In this document: piece after piece, positions 46,223-53,813 of the stretch | How positions within the stretch are numbered: position 1 is the first letter of the stretch | Layout of the letters: every line of letters starts with the position of its first letter | From: an uncultured Candidatus Saccharibacteria bacterium | GTDB lineage: Bacteria; Patescibacteriota; Minisyncoccia; Phycocordibacterales; JABMNX01 | Reading direction: 5' to 3' | Length of the DNA stretch: 64,000 nt | Assembly: GCA_964575755.1 (NCBI GenBank) | Contig: CAZNRH010000004.1 | Location: 699-64,698, forward strand | Position numbers and translations under genes: made by a program | The notes under the pieces: model-generated | The model's database searches: none | What the model was told of the DNA's origin: nothing | Seen by the model: only the letters and a program-made list of their open reading frames with translations

Positions 46223-46457
46223 AAATGAGGGACGTCGGTCTCCGGTCTGTGGACATGATATTTTGCGAGATATCAGAATCAGACATGATTTCTTGAGAGA
46301 AATTAGACGTCCTTCATTACTAGGAAGATGCTAAAGATTATGGGTGGTAGAAGAGTGCCAGCTGTAACAATATCTGGCAAACGAGCGATTAGTTTGGGTA
46401 TAAAACCACCGATTGCTGATATCTCGCAAGATATCATGTCCACAGACTAGCTAATCG
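46223..46457. repeat. Nested palindromic repeats (GATATCTCGCAAGATATCATGTCCACAGAC family)
   Basis: Copies at 46244-46280 (-), 46282-46304 (-) and 46411-46449 (+); the first two lie between duplicated GACGTC. Confidence 0.75.
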
Positions 46458-46558
46458 TGGGCTTTCGGGTTTTTATAAGCTTACAGAACTGAATGCAGTT
46501 TGGTGGAAAAAATAGGTAACAAAAGAGTCGCCTTTGTGTGGCGACTCTGATTTTGTAG

Positions 46559-47280
46559 TTATTCTTGTGCAAAGATAATTTTTTGATCCAAGGGAAGTTT
46601 TGCTTTCATTCCCGGACCTTGACCCAACCAGTCGTTAGGGAAGGCAAGGTAGAATGGTTCAGGATTTGGATTACGACTATGTAATGGATTCATGGCGACA
46701 TAGTACATTCCGTCGGCTAACCCTCCTTGGAGCCACAGTCGTGGACCGACTTCTGGGTGACAAATTTGATACCCTAGTTCTATTCCACGGACTAAAACTT
46801 CATTGAAGTCTGGGCTCTCGGTAAACCCAAGATTCTCGATGGTTACAATGAGTAGGTTCACGGTTGTGGTAACAGGTGCAACTCGAAAAGCTTGACCTTC
46901 CACCATCGCCTTTGCCCATACCTTAACCTTCACACGTGAAAGTTTTTTAAGAAGGTCTTCCTTAGTGTCACCGCCGATTCTCACATCGACGGAGATACCA
47001 GGAAGTTGCGTAAATTCTCGAAGAACCTTCCTTATTCTCCGAACAACTTTCCCTTTCTGGCAGTATTCTATTCTTCTTCTTGCACAAAGATAGGGAATAG
47101 TCTATCAGGGCGATCTCTTGTGGGCTGTATCACCTCACCGTGTTCATCGAGTGCATAGTTACCGCGTCTTTTCGTCTCCCACGGACATTCGATAAATTCA
47201 TGGATTGTCATGTTATTCAGGAACTTTTCGCCGTTTCGTCGCTCAGTATGGTTTGGTTGGTCTTGCATAATTTCAGACAA
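46559..47280 (-). pseudogene. Probably one frameshifted gene (ORFs 47068-47280 and 46559-46984) with a CPR-type 'IGG.TKE.L...LGF...LG...C.PEVGP.L.LQ' domain
   Basis: Downstream frame stays open back to about 47100 and overlaps the upstream ORF end; AAGGAG precedes only the 47280 start. Confidence 0.5.
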
Positions 47281-47427
47281 ATCACTACTCCTTTTACTGA
47301 TTTCCTATTGGCATAATACTATATATATTAAATTTGTCTAAGGTTGGGCTTTTGGTTTTTAAATAGCGAAATATATGTTTTGTGATATAGTGACTTTTGA
47401 ATTGAACATTTAGAAGAGGTGCCTGCT

Positions 47428-47586
47428 ATGTTTGAGAAAATCGCAAAAATCGCTGCTAAGCTTTACTCGGGTAGGGATTGGCACAAGCTTTCGCAAGAGG
47501 AGAGAGGCTTGGTGAAGTCACTGGAAGAATCAGGACTTATCACCCTTAATAGTCCGGCAAATGGCTTTGTGGGTAGAGTGGCCTAA
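47428..47586 (+). CDS. Small hypothetical protein (52 aa; absent from the ORF track)
   Basis: MFEKIAKIAAKLYSGRDWHKLSQEERGLVKSLEESGLITLNSPANGFVGRVA; GAGGTG upstream; hairpin plus T-tract at 47591-47630. Confidence 0.6.
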   Translation: MFEKIAKIAAKLYSGRDWHKLSQEERGLVKSLEESGLITLNSPANGFVGRVA

Positions 47587-47691
47587 ATTCCCCGACAGAA
47601 GTCTCGACTTCTGTCGGGCTTTTGTTTTGATTTTCTTTGATTTGTACAAGGGAGGTTCTTGGACAATATACTAAAAACTATTAACTACAAT

Positions 47692-48720
47692 CTAGACTAA
47701 AAACTTTTTGATATCTTTTAGGATTCTGTTGGTGAGCTTTTTGTTTTCTTTGAGCATTACTCGGGTGGCATCGTAGCCTCTACCGAGCTTCTCTATTTCC
47801 TTTTCGTCTCCTCCTGGTAGGTAAGAGTATGAAGCGCCTGCTTTTCTTATGATTCCGAATTTTTCTCCGAGGGCTAATAACTCGCCCTCTTTGGATATGC
47901 CTTCATTGTACATAAGGTCGAACTCTGTGACTTTAAACGGTGCGGCTATTTTGTTTTTGACTATCTTTACTCTGTGACGTCCTCCCATAACTTCATCGTT
48001 TTTCTTAATCTGTGCGATACGGCGGATGTCTATACGTACTGAGGTATAGAACTTCAACGCTTTTCCTCCTGTTGTTGTCTCTGGATTACCAAACATGACA
48101 CCTATTTGCATACGGATTTGGTTTATAAATATTACTATAGTCTTTGATTTGGCGGTTATTGCAGTGAGCTTCCTGAGTGCTTGTGACATTAGGCGCGCTT
48201 GCTTGCCGACGTGATGCGCCCCCATGTCGCCCTCTATCTCGTCTTTTGGTGTAAGGGCTGCAACTGAGTCTATGACTATGACATCAAGCTTACCTGAACG
48301 AATTAGGCTCTCGGTGATCTCAAGTGCTTGCTCTCCTGTGTCTGGCTGAGAGATAAGGAGTTCTTCGTTTTTAACGCCGAGTTTTTCTGCATATACTGGA
48401 TCCATGGCATGCTCTGCATCTATGAAGGCACACACACCGCCATTTTTCTGTGCTTCCGCTATTACGTGTAGAGAAAGGGTGGTTTTACCTGAACTTTCTG
48501 GACCGAATATTTCTATAATTCGCCCACGTGGGAGCCCTCCTATACCGAGAGCCCAATCAATACCAATTGACCCTGTATGAATTACGTCGACATCTACTCT
48601 TGGTTTGTCTCCGAGGCGCATGATTGCTTCGTCGCCGAATTTTGTTTTGATTTCGTTAATTGCGTCTTCAACTCCAGTATTGGTAGCTTTCGGCGCTTTC
48701 TTTGCTTTTTTTGTTGCCAT
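47692..48720 (-). CDS. recA: Recombinase RecA
   Basis: [26 protein letters not shown] and [15 protein letters not shown] motifs. Confidence 0.99.
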   Translation of the reverse strand: MATKKAKKAPKATNTGVEDAINEIKTKFGDEAIMRLGDKPRVDVDVIHTGSIGIDWALGIGGLPRGRIIEIFGPESSGKTTLSLHVIAEAQKNGGVCAFIDAEHAMDPVYAEKLGVKNEELLISQPDTGEQALEITESLIRSGKLDVIVIDSVAALTPKDEIEGDMGAHHVGKQARLMSQALRKLTAITAKSKTIVIFINQIRMQIGVMFGNPETTTGGKALKFYTSVRIDIRRIAQIKKNDEVMGGRHRVKIVKNKIAAPFKVTEFDLMYNEGISKEGELLALGEKFGIIRKAGASYSYLPGGDEKEIEKLGRGYDATRVMLKENKKLTNRILKDIKKFLV

Positions 48721-48738
48721 ATTTTTAGATTTAATTAT

Positions 48739-48812
48739 GCTCCCAGTTTATTTAAGAGCGAAGCGATTAATTTATAAACTGCAGTGCAGGGAGGTCGTTA
48801 GACCGAGTCGTG
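48739..48812 (+). repeat. GCTCCC-stem-GCAGTGC-AGGGAGGTC..GACCGAGTCGTG structured repeat upstream of recA
   Basis: Same conserved blocks as 57494-57568, with compensatory stem changes. Confidence 0.7.
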
Positions 48813-48970
48813 AATTAGGAATTATGAATAAGGAATTATGTTAAATATTTATAGGATAAGTATACACTAGGTTTTGGGCGTTTTTGGCAAGTATTGATAT
48901 TCGGCGAAAATATAGAAAACCACGTGCAGGTGCAGCCTGCACGTGGTTTTCTGTTCTCCTAAAAGCTACT

Positions 48971-49318
48971 CTAGTTGTATACAAGCTCAAGAACCTCTTT
49001 TGTTTCTATACCAAACCGATCTTCTGCTCGTATAGTGACTATATTGTATCCTTTGGATAGTAATATCTTTTCTTTAAACGCCCCGCTTTCATCTATGTAG
49101 ATTTGTCTATCATTTAAGCTGATACTCGATATGTTTTTCGCTGCGCCAGATATCTCTACTAGGGAAGATGTGAACACATCACCGCTTTGTGGTTCTGATA
49201 TTGTTAGTACTGGTCCAGTTACCAAGTTTTGCATCTGGAAGTACGTGTACCCAAGTATGCCGAGTAAAAGGAGGATAAATATTACAGTTTTTATGTTTGC
49301 TCGTTTGATCAGGGTCAT
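48971..49318 (-). CDS. Membrane-anchored single Ig-like domain protein
   Basis: N-terminal TM; GP.L.I..P, G.F...L..G.N...I.A.D.FG pattern. Confidence 0.7.
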   Translation of the reverse strand: MTLIKRANIKTVIFILLLLGILGYTYFQMQNLVTGPVLTISEPQSGDVFTSSLVEISGAAKNISSISLNDRQIYIDESGAFKEKILLSKGYNIVTIRAEDRFGIETKEVLELVYN

Positions 49319-49373
49319 TAGGAGTGGTTATAAAGTTCAAATTAATTGGTAAGTTGGTAAAGAAGTTTATGGG

Positions 49374-51725
49374 TTACTTAACAACGCCTTTGGGCGCGAT
49401 TTCTTCTGAGGAATCGTCGTCATCTTCATATAATTCTTCCTCTTCAGATGGGAGTTCGTCACCTGTCCCGTTAGAAGTAGACTCGTCAGAGTCGTCAGTT
49501 CTAACGGGATCGGTTTCGTCAACGTCGTCTCCGGACGTGATTTCTTCTGAGAAATCATCGTGGTCGTCAAGAACCTCACGTGGTTTTGAGCCGTTTGCTG
49601 GGCCTATTACTCCTCTGTCTTCAAGCATATCCATTAAGCGTGCTGCACGAGCATAACCTACACGCAACTTTCGTTGTAGGTATGATGTTGAGGCTTTTCC
49701 TGCTTCGATAATTACGCGATATGCGTCGTCGTACAGAGCATCTTCTTGCTCATCTTGATCATCGAGAGTTGCGGAGAACATGGCAGGGTCTCCACTGGTT
49801 TCAGTGAAATCTATTTCACTTGGTAATTCATTTTCGTAACTCTTAATCAAGAACGAAGACACTTTCTTTAATTCTGTTTCTGTTATAAATGGAGATTGTA
49901 TTCGTAGTGGTTTAGACATTTCTCCTGAAAGGAAGAGCATATCTCCTGCACCAAGAAGCTTCTCTGCACCTCCTGTGTCGAGAATGGTTCGTGAGTCTAT
50001 CTGCGAAGATACTTGTAAGGCGATGCGTGTTGGTATGTTGGCTTTAATAAGTCCTGTAATAACCTGCACTGAAGGCCTTTGTGTTGAAAGTATTAAATGA
50101 ATTCCTACTGCACGACTCATTTGTGCAAGACGTACTATGGCACTCTCGAGCTCTCGTGGATATGCTTGCATTATGTCTGCAAGCTCGTCGATAATAAGTA
50201 CAATATACGGCATTGGTTCTGGTACCTCGTCTTCTGGCAAGTCTTTGTCGACTGATGGCGCGACTATGTTCTTGTGATAAGAAGATATGTCTCGCACTGA
50301 GGCTTCTTCTAATATGTCGTAGCGCCTATCCATCTCATTTGCGAGCCATTTGAGGGCTAAGATAGTCTTCTTAGCATTAGTTATTACAGGAGTGAGTAGG
50401 TGTGGAATGTTTTTGTATAGAGTTAATTCGACACGTTTTGGATCAACTAAGATAAGTCGCATGTCTTGTGGTGACTTGCGGTAGATAAGTGACATAACTA
50501 CATTGTGAATCATGACTGATTTACCTGATCCAGTTGCTCCGGCAATAAGAAGGTGAGGCATCTTCGCTAAATCATAGAAATGTGAGTTACCGACAATGTC
50601 GCGGCCGAGACCTATGAGCAGTGACTTATCTGAGTTCTGGTACTCATCATTTGCTAATAGGGAAGCGAGTCCTACCATAGCTTTAGACTTGTTTGGTATT
50701 TCAATGCCAACGAGTGACTTGCCTGGTATTGGTGCTTCTATGCGTACTGGATATGCTGCGAGTGCGAGCTCTAGATTGTTTTGAAGTGTGAGAATTTTAG
50801 AAAGTCTAACTCCTTCGGCTGGTTTGAGTGTGTAGCGAGTTACTGTCGGACCGATAGAAACTTCATCCATCTCTACTTGTATGCCAAAGTTTTGTAGCGT
50901 GCGTTTTATGATGTTGGCATTTGCTTTTACGTCTCCCACGTCTGGCTTTCCTTTATCCTTTTCAAGTAGTGACAGGGGAGGGGGAGTGTACTCTCCAAAC
51001 GATGCATATGTATTTATTTTAGGATCTTTTTTGCCGAAACCGAGTAGACCTTTTAATCCACCAGCGCCTTCTTCTTCGTCTTCAGTTTCTTCTTCGTCGT
51101 ATTCCTCCTCCTCTGCATCTTCATCGCCTCCGGGCGCGATTTCTTGCGAGAAATCGTCATCTTCTTCGTACGCTTCTTCCTCGGCGTCATCCTCGTAGTA
51201 TTTCTCCTCTTCAGTATCTTTTCGTTTGAAGACATTCAAGAATGAAAAACTTGGCAGGAAGTCGAACATAATAACAAGAGACAATATAATAAGCACAACG
51301 AGCATAAGTACAGATGCATATACATCGAGTAATGCAACAATAGGGGACGATACGAAACCTCCTATTATTCCAGCACTTCCTTTAAATGCTATATCTATAA
51401 TTCCTAAACTTGAGAGTATAAATACTCCTGCGCTCACGTTCTTTAGTGTGCCGTATGCATGTTCGTATGAACGAAAGAATGAAATTGCTATGAAAAATAG
51501 AACGATAGGTAATAAGAAGTATCCAACACCAAAGAGAGTGGAGAGACTGTTGAATGTAGCTCGCCCTGCTATACCTGCGATATTAAATGCGGACAGTATA
51601 AAAAAGAGTGTGATAAATAGGAATACGATACCCCAAATACCACGTACAGTTTCTTCTTTCAGGTCTTCAAATATGTTACTAATTGCAAGATCTTTTTTAT
51701 TTCCTTTTTTCTTTTTTTTAGCCAT
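49374..51725 (-). CDS. ftsK: DNA translocase FtsK/SpoIIIE
   Basis: 4-TM N-terminus, PHLLIAGATGSGKS, IIDELAD, GAEKLLG.GDML and gamma domain LQRKLRVGYARAARL. Confidence 0.97.
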   Translation of the reverse strand: MAKKKKKGNKKDLAISNIFEDLKEETVRGIWGIVFLFITLFFILSAFNIAGIAGRATFNSLSTLFGVGYFLLPIVLFFIAISFFRSYEHAYGTLKNVSAGVFILSSLGIIDIAFKGSAGIIGGFVSSPIVALLDVYASVLMLVVLIILSLVIMFDFLPSFSFLNVFKRKDTEEEKYYEDDAEEEAYEEDDDFSQEIAPGGDEDAEEEEYDEEETEDEEEGAGGLKGLLGFGKKDPKINTYASFGEYTPPPLSLLEKDKGKPDVGDVKANANIIKRTLQNFGIQVEMDEVSIGPTVTRYTLKPAEGVRLSKILTLQNNLELALAAYPVRIEAPIPGKSLVGIEIPNKSKAMVGLASLLANDEYQNSDKSLLIGLGRDIVGNSHFYDLAKMPHLLIAGATGSGKSVMIHNVVMSLIYRKSPQDMRLILVDPKRVELTLYKNIPHLLTPVITNAKKTILALKWLANEMDRRYDILEEASVRDISSYHKNIVAPSVDKDLPEDEVPEPMPYIVLIIDELADIMQAYPRELESAIVRLAQMSRAVGIHLILSTQRPSVQVITGLIKANIPTRIALQVSSQIDSRTILDTGGAEKLLGAGDMLFLSGEMSKPLRIQSPFITETELKKVSSFLIKSYENELPSEIDFTETSGDPAMFSATLDDQDEQEDALYDDAYRVIIEAGKASTSYLQRKLRVGYARAARLMDMLEDRGVIGPANGSKPREVLDDHDDFSEEITSGDDVDETDPVRTDDSDESTSNGTGDELPSEEEELYEDDDDSSEEIAPKGVVK
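49467..49508. mobile_element. 42-bp in-frame CCCGTTAGAA/TTCTAACGGG element inside ftsK
   Basis: Perfect 11-bp IR (49466-49476 / 49499-49509); encodes PVRTDDSDESTSNG. Confidence 0.65.
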
Positions 51726-51865
51726 GTCTTAGATTTTATTGTGAATGTAGTGAATTAGAAAATCTTAGACCCACCTAAAGTTTTTGCTTTTTTACTCGCA
51801 AAAAATTTGGAGGGTACGCTGATTTCTATCAATAATAACATAACTAGGCAGTATAAAGCTGTGGG

Positions 51866-52009
51866 AAAGCCCCTGATTGCGTGGCTACCGATTTGTTCAA
51901 GAGTGAAGCGAGTCGTAAATCAGGGGCTTTGGGTTATGTAGAAGCTTATATTCAATACATAACCAAGGACAACCCTTGGTTATGTATTTGGCGGTCGGAC
52001 CGCCAAATG
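51866..52009. repeat. Cluster of REP-like palindromes
   Basis: AAAGCCCCTGATT..AATCAGGGGCTTT, AACCAAGG..CCTTGGTT and ATTTGGCGGTCGGACCGCCAAAT; AAAGCCCCTGATTGC recurs at 52985. Confidence 0.65.
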
Positions 52010-52063
52010 GATGACATTTTTGTGTATGTGTTTTGTAATGATTTTGCCTATTGTACTTTTGGA

Positions 52064-52177
52064 TGTCCTATATATAATGGACATAAGTTAATATGTCTTT
52101 AAAAAAGATAAAAGACATGATAAGAGACAAGACGAAAGACACTTCTAAGACATGTCTTTAAGACATAAATAATGTCC
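52064..52177. repeat. Array of ten RGACA/TGTCY motifs, partly at about 12-bp spacing
   Basis: Motifs start at 52064, 52079, 52094, 52113, 52125, 52137, 52148, 52153, 52161 and 52173. Confidence 0.7.
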
Positions 52178-52179
52178 TT

Positions 52180-52953
52180 ATGGTTAATAAAAAGAACAAG
52201 CAGCTACAATCGCCAACATATTCATACGGAAAGACTGGGTTTGACGTCAGTGTGCACAGCCCTTTTGGAGATAATTATGCAGGTGCTCATGCGTACGAAA
52301 AAACAGAGAAAATTATTATCGCACTCCACCTTGTTACAAACTCTGTCCCTGAGAAAGAGTCCGTTAGAAATACTGTAAGAGACAAATCAATTTGTATTCT
52401 ATCAGACATACTTCAACTTCGATCTGGTTTTAAATCTGCTGGGTCTTATAGGGTTGATAATGTTGTCGCATCTATATATGAAGTCATGTCTCTGCTCGAC
52501 ATTCTACATGTTGCGGGATTTGTATCGGATATGAATCTGGAGGTACTTAAAAGGGAATTAAGTGGCCTTATTATATTTATTAGGGAATCTTCCGACACAG
52601 AACTCTCAGAGAAGGTGGTAGTTGGTAACGGACATTTTAATATAGAAAATATTAAGGACAGAAGTACGTCCTTTAATATAAAAGACTCCGAAAGGACGTT
52701 TAGTAATATAAAAGACACTAAAAAGTATACACACAGCAATTCAACAACTTCTGCTTCTGCAAAGCATAATGAACGAAGCGAAGCTATACTTAAACTCATA
52801 GGAGACAAGGAACGTGTAAATGTAAAGGACGTTTCCGCGGTGATTACTGATTGTAGTGAGAAAACTATCCAGCGTGAACTTATAGCTCTTATACATAAAG
52901 GTGTCCTTAAGAAAGAAGGGGAGAGAAGGTGGAGTATGTATTCGTTAGTATAA
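52180..52953 (+). CDS. Four-helix-bundle-like N-terminal domain fused to a DeoR-type winged HTH
   Basis: AYEK.EK...L..VT...PE.E..R...R and E..S.L......G.VS..N...L..E patterns; C-term IL..I......VKD.....SEKTIQREL..L...G.L.K.G.RRW..Y. Confidence 0.7.
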   Translation: MVNKKNKQLQSPTYSYGKTGFDVSVHSPFGDNYAGAHAYEKTEKIIIALHLVTNSVPEKESVRNTVRDKSICILSDILQLRSGFKSAGSYRVDNVVASIYEVMSLLDILHVAGFVSDMNLEVLKRELSGLIIFIRESSDTELSEKVVVGNGHFNIENIKDRSTSFNIKDSERTFSNIKDTKKYTHSNSTTSASAKHNERSEAILKLIGDKERVNVKDVSAVITDCSEKTIQRELIALIHKGVLKKEGERRWSMYSLV

Positions 52954-53316
52954 AACTGTAGCTATTTCGTGGCTTAAAATGGTTAAAGCCCCTGATTGCT
53001 TCGCAATCGGGGGCTTTACTGTTTACATGGCGTAGTTTAGGTGTATTTTATTGAAAGCTATAAGCTAGAACGGATAAGCTGTTTTAGGGTTGACTTTATA
53101 TGCCTAAAACAGTAATATATGCCCCAATGGATGTTAGCGGACAACTGTTAATTAGTGCTTAAAAGCACTTTCCCTGTGTGCCTTATATAAAGGTATTTAC
53201 GGGGCTTTGTTCGTTGCAATATAAGGAGTAAAAACATGTAGATTTAGCGTCTTTTAGCAATAATCTAGACGATAAAAAATCTTCATGATTGTACCCTTAT
53301 ATAAGGTCATGTACCT

Positions 53317-53362
53317 TTATCCACATGTACCGTTTTGATTGCTCATTATAGGAAGATATAAT
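53317..53362 (+). promoter_or_regulatory. DnaA box and candidate promoter for the S-layer-like gene
   Basis: TTATCCACA at 53317-53325; TTGATT-16-TATAAT at 53335-53362. Confidence 0.45.
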
Positions 53363-53813
53363 TTACCTTAAGCAATCCCGTTGTAGCGGGATGTGAATTG
53401 GGTGAATGATTTGACTACTGGCAGTAAAACGGTGAAGGGAAGATCGTTGACAAAATAATAATAAATTAAAGTTGTTCATAAAAAACATATTCTTTTTATA
53501 TTGTTTTTGAACAATTATTTTACTGGATTACTTTATACATAAATGGAAGTTATTCTTGAAACTCAGTCTAAAACCCTTACCTGCTAAACTCGTTGCTTAT
53601 GTCGATAACTAGGTAGCGATTAATTAGTGAAGGAAAATATCGGACGTGAACAACCTCGTAATGCTTGGTCGCTAACAAAGCATTTGGTTGAACACATAAT
53701 AAAGGACAGAAATATATTTTGGTCGAACAAAATTATTCTGTACCTATATGAGGTTTGTGTGTCTATGAAGACACATGGACACACAAAAAGTTTATAGGAA
53801 AATTAAATTAATT

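Noticed and set aside
42345-47586. Prophage or large genomic island
   Set aside because: Orphans are interleaved with efp and an ECF sigma gene; no integrase, terminase or structural genes.
52180-52953. Diversity-generating retroelement (Avd-like fold)
   Set aside because: No reverse transcriptase and no TR/VR pair with adenine-specific mismatches seen.
53375-53392. ATCCCGTTGTAGCGGGAT as a fourth TIR element
   Set aside because: Only the outer 6-8 bp resemble the TIR and the TTAGA/TCTAA core is missing; may be an ordinary leader hairpin.
52954-53813. Replication origin
   Set aside because: Only one perfect DnaA box, no dnaA or dnaN nearby, and no obvious switch in gene orientation bias across the region.
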